In this document: positions 45,595 to 54,373 of the stretch, piece by piece
How the letters are laid out: each line of letters starts with the position of its first letter
How positions within the stretch are numbered: the stretch's first letter is position 1
Origin: Candidatus Eiseniibacteriota bacterium
Lineage (GTDB): Bacteria; Orphanbacterota; Orphanbacteria; Orphanbacterales; Orphanbacteraceae
DNA length: 64,000 nucleotides
Direction: 5' to 3'
NCBI GenBank assembly: GCA_043809585.1
Contig: JBDROZ010000073.1
Location: forward strand, 42,343 to 106,342
Made by a program: the position numbers and the translations under genes
Notes under the pieces: model-generated
What the model was told of the DNA's origin: nothing
Seen by the model: the letters and a program-made list of their open reading frames with translations, nothing else
Database searches by the model: none

Positions 45595-46425
45595 ATGAAG
45601 ACATATGGAGCGCTCGTTTCCCTTCTCCTCCCCGCCCTCGCCTTCGGGGCCTTTCCCGATCTCGAGGGGTGGACGCCGGTGGGCGAGCCCCGGTCCTACG
45701 GCCCGGACAATCTCTGGGAGGAGATCGACGGAGCCGCCGAGCCGATCCTCGCCTACGGATTCCAGGGTCTCGAGGCTCGGGAGGTGGAATCGGACGGCAT
45801 CGGCGTCACCGTCGCCATCTACGACATGGGAACGCCGCTCAGCGCCTTCGGCCTCTTCCGGGCCGAGTGTGCGACGGGCATGGACACGATCCCCATCGGC
45901 ACGGCGGCCTCCATCTACGCCCCCTATCAGGCCCTGATGCTGAAGGACCGCTTCTTCGTGAAAGTATCCCCCCTGAGCGGAACGGCGGCGAAGTTCCGGT
46001 TCCGGGAGGTTCTGGAGGCGATCGATCACGCCATCCCCGGGATCACGGATTTCCCCGACGAGCTCGACCTCCTCCCTTTGGAATTCCGGGAGCCCCGGAC
46101 CGAGGAGTACACCCCGGAATCCTATCTCGGCCTGAAGGAGCTCGGGAACTGCGTCTGGGCCCGCTACCTCGATGATGGGCACCGGAAGTACCGGGTCTTC
46201 GCCATCGCGTCGAAGGATGGCGGCGTGCTCGAGGAGGCGTGGGCGAAACTCGCCGGGTCCTGGTCCCCCCGCCAGGTCGGCGTCCCGAAGGTCCTCGTCC
46301 GGGAGATCCCTTACGAAGGTCCGATCGCCGCCGCCCACACGGGAAAGATGATCATCGGCATCGCGGGCCTCGACAGGGAGGAGATTCTTCTGAAAAAACT
46401 GGTGGCCCTGGCCGCCGGCGGCTGA
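45595..46425 (+). CDS. Secreted hypothetical protein (DUF6599-like)
   Basis: SD GAGGAG, signal peptide, NLWEEIDGAAE..YGF, IYDMG..SAFGLF. Confidence 0.75.
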   Translation: MKTYGALVSLLLPALAFGAFPDLEGWTPVGEPRSYGPDNLWEEIDGAAEPILAYGFQGLEAREVESDGIGVTVAIYDMGTPLSAFGLFRAECATGMDTIPIGTAASIYAPYQALMLKDRFFVKVSPLSGTAAKFRFREVLEAIDHAIPGITDFPDELDLLPLEFREPRTEEYTPESYLGLKELGNCVWARYLDDGHRKYRVFAIASKDGGVLEEAWAKLAGSWSPRQVGVPKVLVREIPYEGPIAAAHTGKMIIGIAGLDREEILLKKLVALAAGG

Positions 46426-46669
46426 TCCCACAAGACGGCGACCTTGATTCCGGCGGGCGGGAGCCAGGGGGTCACGGCCGGCTTGCTTCGACGGTCCTCA
46501 CGCGCCGGCCCGGGCATTCCGGCGTTCCGCCACATAGGGTGAGGCCGGCGCCCTCCCTATCTCTTTTTCCTTTGAACCATTCCTTCGATCTGCTACGGTC
46601 GGGCGTGCGGGATGCGCCGCCCCCCTTCCGCGGCGGAACGGGCGAATCTGAGGGAAACAGGAAAGGGCC

Positions 46670-48142
46670 ATGAACGTACTTCTGGTTTCGCCGAAGACGC
46701 GCGACACCTTTTGGAGCTTCCGGCACGCCCTACCGTTCATCGGGAAGAAGGCCGCCTATCCCCCCCTCGGGCTCCTCACCGTCGCCGGCTTCCTCCCCCG
46801 GGAGTGGAATCTGAAACTCGTCGATCTCGACGTCTGCCGGCTCGGCGACGACAAGATCCTCTGGGCCGACTACGTCCTGGTGGGCGCCATGATCGTGCAC
46901 AGCGATTCGGTGCAGGAGATCGCCGCCCGCTGCCGGGACCTCCACCGCCCCCTGATCGCCGGCGGGCCCCTCTTCTCGACGAACCGCGACCGGTTCCCCC
47001 AGATTCCCCACTTCGCCGTGGGCGAGGTGGAAGAGTACATGGATGTCCTGATTCGGGACATGGAAGAGGGACGGGTCGGCGCCCTGTACGAGCCGGACGG
47101 CTACCCGAAGCTCGACGATTCCCCCATCCCCCTCTGGAAGCTGATCGACATCGGCGACTACGCGAACATGTCGATCCAGTTCTCCCGGGGCTGCCCCTTC
47201 GACTGCGAGTTCTGCGACATCACGTTCCTGAACGGCCGGGTGCCCCGCACGAAGACGCCGGAGCAGGTGATCGCCGAGCTCGACTCGCTCTGCGAGGCGG
47301 GATGGAAGGGCTCGGTATTCGTGGTAGACGATAACTTCCTCGGCCATAAACGGAAAGTGAAGGAGCTTCTTCGCGTCATGATCGAGTGGCGGAAGAGGAA
47401 GAGCCCGAAGGTCGAGTTCCTGACCGAGGCTTCCCTCAATCTCGCCGAAGAGACGGAGCTCCTCGAACTCGCCGTGGAGGCCGGTTTCCGGACCGTCTTC
47501 CTCGGCATCGAGACGCCCGACGTGGACAGCCTCGTGGCGTGCAACAAGAAACAGAACACGAAGCGGGACCTGCTCGACTCGGTGCGGGCCATCCAGAAGG
47601 CGGGCCTCGAGGTGATGGGCGGATTCATCATCGGCTTCGACAGCGACAAGCCGGACATCTTCGAGCGCCAGTTCCGCTTCATCCAGGAGGCGGGCGTGGT
47701 GACCGCCATGGTCGGGCTCCTGAACGCGATCCCGGGGACGAAACTGCACAAGCGCCTCGCGTCGGAAGGGCGCCTTCTCTCGACGAGCACGGGGAACCAC
47801 ACCGAGGCGGACCTGAACTTCGTCACCACCCTCGGAAGGGAGAAGCTGATCTCCGGATACCGGGAGTTGATGAAGCGCCTTTACGAGCCGCGCGCGTACT
47901 ACGACCGGGCGAAGACGCTCCTCCGGAACTGGCGTCCCCGGGGGGCCTACGCCTTCCAAGGAAGGCGGGACATCCGCGCCCTCTTCCACGGCCTCTGGCG
48001 CCTCGGCGTCCGGGACGCCGGCCGCCGCCACTTCTGGGCGTTCCTCGGCCACACCCTGGTCCATCACCCCCGGGCGTTCACCGCGGCCATGACCTTCGCC
48101 GTCTGCGGCCACCACCTCCGGATGGTGGCGAAGTCGATCTAG
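46670..48142 (+). CDS. B12-binding radical SAM protein (DUF4070 C-terminus)
   Basis: TFWSF..PPLGLLTVA, SRGCPFDCEFCDI, VDDNF, GFIIGFD.D. Confidence 0.93.
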   Translation: MNVLLVSPKTRDTFWSFRHALPFIGKKAAYPPLGLLTVAGFLPREWNLKLVDLDVCRLGDDKILWADYVLVGAMIVHSDSVQEIAARCRDLHRPLIAGGPLFSTNRDRFPQIPHFAVGEVEEYMDVLIRDMEEGRVGALYEPDGYPKLDDSPIPLWKLIDIGDYANMSIQFSRGCPFDCEFCDITFLNGRVPRTKTPEQVIAELDSLCEAGWKGSVFVVDDNFLGHKRKVKELLRVMIEWRKRKSPKVEFLTEASLNLAEETELLELAVEAGFRTVFLGIETPDVDSLVACNKKQNTKRDLLDSVRAIQKAGLEVMGGFIIGFDSDKPDIFERQFRFIQEAGVVTAMVGLLNAIPGTKLHKRLASEGRLLSTSTGNHTEADLNFVTTLGREKLISGYRELMKRLYEPRAYYDRAKTLLRNWRPRGAYAFQGRRDIRALFHGLWRLGVRDAGRRHFWAFLGHTLVHHPRAFTAAMTFAVCGHHLRMVAKSI

Positions 48143-48318
48143 CGTAGTGCCCGGACGGCGAACCCGGCCGGCCACGGGCGCCCCGTCGACCGATTCCCGC
48201 CCCCATCCTCCCATCATGGGCGGGTTGATTTCCGGTTTCTCTGCATCCATTATCACGAGAAAGGCGGGAAGACCGGGACCGGGGCGGAGCGGCCCCCCGG
48301 GCGCGGGCGGGAGAAGCC

Positions 48319-49272
48319 ATGACGGAGAATGGAGCGCGGGCGGATCGGAAGGAAGGCGCGATCAGCGTGGTCATCCCGACGCACCGGCGCGCGGCCACGC
48401 TCCGAAAGGTCATGCCCACTTACCTCGGCCAGCAGGGGGTGAAGGAGATCCTCGTCGTCCACGACCCGGCCGACGACGGGACGGAGGAGTTCGTCCGGGA
48501 TCTCTCCGCGAAAGACCCCCGGGTCCGATATATCGGGAATCCCCGCCCCCTCGGGCTCCCCGGCTCGCGGAACGCGGGGGTCGACCACGCCGGGGGGACC
48601 CATGTTCTCTTCGGCGAGGACGATCTCGAGTTCGGCCCCGGCTACGCGGAGAAGCTCCTCGCGTGCCTCGAGAAGCGGGGCGCCTCCATCGCGGGAGGGC
48701 GGATCGTCTATCCCTTCCCGGGGGAGAGCCATGACGAGGCCCTCCGGCGGACCGACGGGCCGCCGCGGGAGGAGCGGCTCGATCCGTACCGGCTCATCTT
48801 CGATACCACCTCTCCCGCCCCCGGCCCGATGCGGGTCCCTTTCATCCACGCGATCTCCCTCATCCGGCGGGATGTCTTCGACGACGTTCGCTTCGACGAC
48901 GCCTACCGGGGGGGCGCCTACCGGGAGGAGACCGATTTCTACCTCCGGGCGACGCGGGCGGGCCACGAGATCGACTACTGCCCCGAGGCGGTCTGCTTCC
49001 ACCTCCCCCGGGAGGTGAAGGAGCTCGGCGGCTGCATGTCCGACGGAATCTGGGCGCACAAGTACTGGGTTCTCCGGAACAACTGGCGCTTTCTCCGGCG
49101 GAACCACGGGTACCTGCGGAACCAGGGGATCGTCCGCCACGGACGGCTCACGATGATGCTCTTCGTGGCCGCCACGGAGCTCCCGAAGATCGGGACCTTC
49201 TACCTCCGCCGCTACGCCCCCGGCCTCTACACGGCCCTGGCGAAGCGGATCCACAAGCGGGGCGCGGCGTGA
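48319..49272 (+). CDS. Glycosyltransferase family 2
   Basis: SVVIPT..R, DDGT, SRNAG, EDD, REETDF. Confidence 0.9.
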   Translation: MTENGARADRKEGAISVVIPTHRRAATLRKVMPTYLGQQGVKEILVVHDPADDGTEEFVRDLSAKDPRVRYIGNPRPLGLPGSRNAGVDHAGGTHVLFGEDDLEFGPGYAEKLLACLEKRGASIAGGRIVYPFPGESHDEALRRTDGPPREERLDPYRLIFDTTSPAPGPMRVPFIHAISLIRRDVFDDVRFDDAYRGGAYREETDFYLRATRAGHEIDYCPEAVCFHLPREVKELGGCMSDGIWAHKYWVLRNNWRFLRRNHGYLRNQGIVRHGRLTMMLFVAATELPKIGTFYLRRYAPGLYTALAKRIHKRGAA

Positions 49273-50630
49273 GCGGCGGCGGGACAAGCGAGACGGCCCG
49301 CCCCCCCCTCGGAAGACGCCTTTTCAGCAACACCGCCTTCGCCCTCGCCGACCGGATCGGGAACAAAGCGGCGACGACGATCGCCTTCGTCCTACTCGTC
49401 CGTCTCCTGCCCCCCCAAGAGATCGCCGTGATCGGGATCGCCACCGGCTACCTCGCCCTCGCCGCCTATCTCGAGGTCGGGCCGATCCGGGTGCTTCTCC
49501 GGGACTACCCGAAGATCGCCGCCGACCGGATCCAACGGGACCGTCTCCTCACGGCACTCTTCTCCTTCTGGGGAATGCAGTCGGCGGCCATGGTCCTTCT
49601 CTTTCTTCTGCTCCGGCCTTTCGTCTTCCGGCCGATGGATCTTCCGGGGCTCTCCTTTCTCTACCTCGGGATGCTCGCCGACTTCATCGCCCTCTCCCTG
49701 CACGGGTGGATCAAGACCGTCTTCTACGCCGACTTCCGGCAGCCCTTCGCGACGAAACTGAGTCTCGCCCTCGAGGTCCCGAGGCTCCTCTCCTACGGGC
49801 TCCTTCTCCTCTCCCCCTCCCTCGTCACCTACTCGTGGATCCTGATCGTGGTCGCCCTTCTCACATCGACGGTCTGGGCGGCGGTCTTCGCGAGGGCGTT
49901 CCGCTTCCGGCCCCGCTTCGACCGGCGCCTCCCCTCGCTCCTCGGGGAGAGCCTGAACAGCTACGGCCTCTGGGACCACCTGAACCGGGTCGCCATCGAA
50001 ACGCTCCTCGCCATCGACGCGGTCGTGCTCAGCTGGTTCGCCCTCTCCCGGATCGGCGAGATCGGCGATTACACCGTCGCGCTCCGCTTCGTGAGCCTCT
50101 TCTTTCTCGTGCCGATGCAGCTCCACGTCGCCCTGCAGCTCGCCCTCGCGAACCTGGAGGAACGTCCCCGGAAGGTGGAGGCGATCGGCGTGTTCCTGAA
50201 GGCCAACACCGCCGTCACGGTCGGCCAGCTCCTCTTTCTGTTTCTCGGCGGAGGCTGGCTCCTCCGGCTCCTCTTCGGGACGCGCACCGCGGCGGGCGCC
50301 CTTCCCTACGCCCTCCTCCTCGGGACGGCGGTGTCGATCCTGAACTTCGCCTATCCGTTCCTCAGCGTCGTGAACAACCAGTGCCGGCTCCGGAGCGCCT
50401 TCTTCCGGCTCTTCCTCCCCGCCCTCGTGGTCGGAATGGGGCTCTACTCGATCGGGGCCCGGTTCGCCGGCCCCATGGGAATCGCCTGGGCGAACATCGC
50501 GGTCTATGGGCTGCTCACGGCCGGCATCGTACTCTTCACGCTCCGGTGCTTCCCCTTCCGCATCGAGGGGGGACTCTTCGGCGCGAGGGAGCGGAAGCTG
50601 TTCGCCCAGCTGCTCCGGGGACGCCGGTGA
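49269..50630 (+). CDS. Wzx-like oligosaccharide flippase
   Basis: About 12 TM helices; LVRLL...E, G.Y.VA.R; lies between glycosyltransferases. Confidence 0.8.
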   Translation: MSGGGTSETARPPLGRRLFSNTAFALADRIGNKAATTIAFVLLVRLLPPQEIAVIGIATGYLALAAYLEVGPIRVLLRDYPKIAADRIQRDRLLTALFSFWGMQSAAMVLLFLLLRPFVFRPMDLPGLSFLYLGMLADFIALSLHGWIKTVFYADFRQPFATKLSLALEVPRLLSYGLLLLSPSLVTYSWILIVVALLTSTVWAAVFARAFRFRPRFDRRLPSLLGESLNSYGLWDHLNRVAIETLLAIDAVVLSWFALSRIGEIGDYTVALRFVSLFFLVPMQLHVALQLALANLEERPRKVEAIGVFLKANTAVTVGQLLFLFLGGGWLLRLLFGTRTAAGALPYALLLGTAVSILNFAYPFLSVVNNQCRLRSAFFRLFLPALVVGMGLYSIGARFAGPMGIAWANIAVYGLLTAGIVLFTLRCFPFRIEGGLFGARERKLFAQLLRGRR

Positions 50631-51769
50631 CCGGCGGGGGCCTCAGGATCGCGCTGCTCACGCCGTTCCCCCTCGACCGGCCGGGGGGTGTGGAGAGCGT
50701 CTCGGCGCTCCTCCGCGAGGTCCTCGAGGGGGCGGGACACCGGGTCGAGGTCTTCGACATCACCCGCTCGAAGAAGCGCTATGACGGCCTCTTCGACTTC
50801 CGTCTCTTCGGCCAGTACCGTCTCGCCCGCCATCTCGGCGCGCTCTTCCACGAAAGGCGGGGAGAGTTCGACCTCGCCATCTGCAACGGCATCTACGGGT
50901 GGAACGTCGACTTCCCGAAGGCGATCGTCATCCTCCACGGGAACATCGCCGCCTACGCCGCGGCGTGCCGGGACCTCCTCGGCCCCGTCGCCTACGCCAA
51001 GACCCGGTACCTCGACTCGTGGTTCTTCACCCGGAGCTTCCGGGGGAAGACGCTCGTCGTCTCGTCGAAGACGACCGGTCGGGAGGCGGAACGGTACAAC
51101 GGCGTGAGACACTGCACGGTGATCGGGAACGCGGTCGACACGGAGATCTTCCGGCCCCGCGAGGACAAGAAGGCCCTCCGGGCGCGGCTCGGACTGCCCG
51201 ACTCGGAGTTTCTCACCCTCTTCGTCGGACGCCCGGTCCGCGTGAAGGGTGTGGACCTGATCGAGAAGATCGCCGCGCGGCTTGCCGGTCCCCTGCGGAT
51301 CGTCGCCGCCGGACCGGAGCCGTTCTTCCGGGGCGACCGGATCCTCGAGAAGACCGGACTCTCCCGGGAAGAGATGCCGCTCCTCTACGCCGCGTGCGAC
51401 GCCTTCCTCCTCCCCTCGCGCTACGAGGGGTGTTCGATCGCCCTCCTCGAAGCGCTCTCGACCGGCCTCCCCCTCGCGGCCGGCGCCGTCGGAACCGCGG
51501 CGGACCTCCGGGAGGAGGACGACGCCCTCGCCGCGGGCGTGCTCTCGGGCCGGACTCCGGAGGAGTACGCGGCGCGGATCGAGAGCCTCGCGTCGATGGG
51601 GGACGAGGAGCGCACCCGGATCGGAGCGCGGGGACGGGAGTACGCCCTCCGGGAACACGGCCGGGAGATCTACGGAGAGCGCTACCTCGCTCTCGTCGGG
51701 CGGGTCCTCCGGGGAGAGACCCGGACCGCCTACGACGACGGACCGGCGGCGAAGGAGAGGGCGGAATGA
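50627..51769 (+). CDS. Glycosyltransferase family 4
   Basis: GGVE, NAVDTEIF, FVGR..VKG, PSRYEG..LLEA; GTG overlaps the flippase stop. Confidence 0.9.
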   Translation: MTGGGLRIALLTPFPLDRPGGVESVSALLREVLEGAGHRVEVFDITRSKKRYDGLFDFRLFGQYRLARHLGALFHERRGEFDLAICNGIYGWNVDFPKAIVILHGNIAAYAAACRDLLGPVAYAKTRYLDSWFFTRSFRGKTLVVSSKTTGREAERYNGVRHCTVIGNAVDTEIFRPREDKKALRARLGLPDSEFLTLFVGRPVRVKGVDLIEKIAARLAGPLRIVAAGPEPFFRGDRILEKTGLSREEMPLLYAACDAFLLPSRYEGCSIALLEALSTGLPLAAGAVGTAADLREEDDALAAGVLSGRTPEEYAARIESLASMGDEERTRIGARGREYALREHGREIYGERYLALVGRVLRGETRTAYDDGPAAKERAE

Positions 51770-52899
51770 GCGGAATCGCCCGCATTCGAAAGGCGCTCTT
51801 CGCCCCCGCCTATTTCCGGGATCGGGCGGGGAGCCTTCCCGCCGTCCCGGCCTACTTCTTCCACCAGCCGGGTGCCGCGTCCTTCGGCCGACTCGCCCGG
51901 GCCCTCGGGGGGGGACGATTCGAGACGCCCTTCTTCGAAAGGCTCCTCGGCGGCGGCCCGGCGAGGAAGAGCGAGGTGATTCTCTCCTTCGACGACGGTT
52001 GGTCGTCGGTCTTCTCCGTCGCCTTCCCCCTCGCCCGGCGTTTCGGTCTCCGGTTCACCCTCTTCGCGGCCCCCGCGAACCTGGAGGACTCGGACGAGAC
52101 CCGTTCGACCCTGGACGACGGCGCCGATCCCGCGGAACTCGGGGCGCGCGACTCCGGACCCCGGGGAACGCTGACATGGGGAGAGGTCCGGGCCATGCAG
52201 GGGAGCGGCCTCGTGTCGGTCCAATCCCACTCCCTCCATCACGGCCAGGTCTTCACCTCCGAGCGGCCGATCGATTTCGCCCGGAAGGGCCGTCCCCTCC
52301 CCCTTCAGGGGCGGGCCCCCCTCCTGGAGCGCCGGGACGGATCGGACCGTCCCGTCTTCGCCCTCCCCGCGGGGACCCCCCTCCACGAAGCGGGGGGCGC
52401 CCTCTTCGCGACGCGGCGCTATCTGGAGAGTGAAGAGGCCCGGCAGGCGTGCGTCCGGCACGTGGCGGACGGGGGGGGCGACGATTTCTTCCGGCGCGGC
52501 GATTGGCGGACGGAACTGGAGAAGGTCTTCCGGGGAGCGCGGCCGGGGCGATGGGAGACGGACGAGGAGAGGAGAGAGCGCTTCCGGGACGACCTTCGGG
52601 CGGCGAAGGAAACGCTCGAGTCGAAGGTGCCGGGACTCCGGGTCTGTATGGTCGCCCCTCCCTGGGGCGCTTTCCATCCCGATCTCCCCCCCATCGCCGC
52701 CGAGACCGGCCACGAACTGATGGTCCTCGCCGATCCGCTCCCGGGGCGGGCGGCGGAAGACTCGCCGGTCCCCCTCTACCCCCGCCTCAAGGGGGACGGA
52801 ATCTGGTTCCTCCTCCGCGGCCCCCTCGGCGGCTGGGTTCCCTGGGTCCGCGCCGCCCGCGAATCGAAGGCGCGCGTCCGGAGCGGCGGAGTTCCTTGA
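51766..52899 (+). CDS. Polysaccharide deacetylase family protein
   Basis: LSFDDGW, LTWGEV..M, QSHSLHH, PWG; ATGA coupling. Confidence 0.87.
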   Translation: MSGIARIRKALFAPAYFRDRAGSLPAVPAYFFHQPGAASFGRLARALGGGRFETPFFERLLGGGPARKSEVILSFDDGWSSVFSVAFPLARRFGLRFTLFAAPANLEDSDETRSTLDDGADPAELGARDSGPRGTLTWGEVRAMQGSGLVSVQSHSLHHGQVFTSERPIDFARKGRPLPLQGRAPLLERRDGSDRPVFALPAGTPLHEAGGALFATRRYLESEEARQACVRHVADGGGDDFFRRGDWRTELEKVFRGARPGRWETDEERRERFRDDLRAAKETLESKVPGLRVCMVAPPWGAFHPDLPPIAAETGHELMVLADPLPGRAAEDSPVPLYPRLKGDGIWFLLRGPLGGWVPWVRAARESKARVRSGGVP

Positions 52900-52969
52900 G
52901 CGGAAGAAAGAGGGGACCGGCCTTCCCCCGCTCGTTGACCGGGGCCGCTCGATCGCTTATTCCTTACCC

Positions 52970-53734
52970 ATGACCCGCCAAGAGACGACCCCTGTTCACG
53001 CCGAGCTTCTCGACCACCGGGTGGTTCACGAGCTCCCCGGCGACTGGGATTCCGGCGACCTCCGGGCCCTTCTGGAGATGATGGAGGTGGACCCGGGGGA
53101 CACGTCCGACGAAGACCTCGGGGGTCTCGTCGAGATGGCCCTCGCCGATCTCGACACGGACGAGGCGGGGGACTTCGTGCTCCGCCGGGTGTTCGGCGAT
53201 TCCATGACCGCCGGCGTCCGCCAGAACGTCGTCTCCGACCTGGAAGGGGACGCCCCGTGGGAGGACTTCGCGGACATCGGGCGTCACGCCGGAATCTTCA
53301 CCGCCGTCGGGATGATGGGGCGGGCCTTCCCTACGCGCTACGGAAAACCGGAGGCCGTACGGGCCCTCGTCCGGATTCGGGCCGCCGAGTCGATCGGCGC
53401 GGCGCCCCTCGCGAAAGGGGACCCGGCATTCCTTCTTCGAGTCCTCGCCGCGGGGATGCAGAAGACCGCCATGCTTCGAAGGCTCTACGGGGATGCCCTC
53501 CACGGCGGGGCTTTCCCCGAGGCGGCCCCCATTCTCTGGCGGATCAAGGTGGAGCCGGACGGTGGGGATCCTTCCGGACGGACCTTCCTCGCCCGGGTCC
53601 ACTCCTCCCTTTCGTGGATCGGTCCCCTCGAGGAGGCAGGAACGTGGGACGCCCGGATCCCCGTGGATGTCCCGAAGGAGGGGGAGTATTTTCCTCGCGG
53701 CCCCCGCCGGGGGGCGGGAAACCCCTCTGGATGA
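52970..53734 (+). CDS. Hypothetical protein (probably leaderless)
   Basis: 254-aa ORF with host-like codon use; TTGACC-N17-TATTCC ends 6 nt before the ATG. Confidence 0.75.
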   Translation: MTRQETTPVHAELLDHRVVHELPGDWDSGDLRALLEMMEVDPGDTSDEDLGGLVEMALADLDTDEAGDFVLRRVFGDSMTAGVRQNVVSDLEGDAPWEDFADIGRHAGIFTAVGMMGRAFPTRYGKPEAVRALVRIRAAESIGAAPLAKGDPAFLLRVLAAGMQKTAMLRRLYGDALHGGAFPEAAPILWRIKVEPDGGDPSGRTFLARVHSSLSWIGPLEEAGTWDARIPVDVPKEGEYFPRGPRRGAGNPSG

Positions 53735-53761
53735 GTTCGGAAAACGTGCTATTCTGAATCC

Positions 53762-53962
53762 ATGAATGAGCGAACGCGGGCCGTCCGAATCCTGCGGGCT
53801 TCCGACCGGAACGAAGACGAGGAAGTCCTCCGGCTCACGCCGGAAGAGCGTATCGACATGATGTGGAGACTCGCTCTCGACGCGTGGGCTTTCCTGGGAG
53901 ATTCCGATGCTGAATCCCGACTTCCGCGACATGTTGTCCGCGTTGTGCGAGGAAGAGGCTGA
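53762..53962 (+). CDS. Small protein, candidate partner/antitoxin of the downstream nucleotidyltransferase
   Basis: 66 aa, LTPEERIDMMW.L; overlaps the next gene by 56 nt. Confidence 0.7.
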   Translation: MNERTRAVRILRASDRNEDEEVLRLTPEERIDMMWRLALDAWAFLGDSDAESRLPRHVVRVVRGRG

Positions 53963-54350
53963 GTTCCTCGTCGTCGGCGCCTACGCCCTCGCCGCCCACG
54001 GCCTCCCCCGCGCGACGGGTGATCTCGACATCTGGGTTCGACCGACCGAGGAGAACGGTGAGAGGGTGCTGAAGGCCCTCGTCCGTTTCGGCGCCCCCCT
54101 CCACGATCTTCGAATTGAAGATCTGAGGACTTCGGAGGTCGTCTATCAGATCGGCGTTCCGCCCCGCCGGATCGACATCCTCACCTCGATCGACGGCGTC
54201 CCGTTCGACGAAGCATGGCCCCGTCGGCTCGATCTCGAGATCGAGGGACTCCGTTTTCCCGTTCTCGGGCGGGAGGAGATGATCCGGAACAAGCGGGCCA
54301 GCGGCCGTCCCCAGGACCTCGCCGACGTGGAGCGGCTCGAAGCCGGGTAG
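53907..54350 (+). CDS. Minimal nucleotidyltransferase (DUF6036-like)
   Basis: VVGAYALAAHG.PRATGDLDIWV, RIDILT.IDG, NK.ASGRPQD.AD. Confidence 0.85.
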   Translation: MLNPDFRDMLSALCEEEAEFLVVGAYALAAHGLPRATGDLDIWVRPTEENGERVLKALVRFGAPLHDLRIEDLRTSEVVYQIGVPPRRIDILTSIDGVPFDEAWPRRLDLEIEGLRFPVLGREEMIRNKRASGRPQDLADVERLEAG

Positions 54351-54373
54351 CTCCGAGCCGTTCCGGGCTTCCT

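Noticed and set aside
46430-46669. Possible cobalamin/SAM riboswitch ahead of the B12 radical SAM gene
   Set aside because: Only a terminator-like ATAGGG..CCCTAT plus T-rich tract is visible; no recognisable aptamer core
48319-52899. Polysaccharide operon as a novel system
   Set aside because: Ordinary GT2-flippase-GT4-deacetylase arrangement
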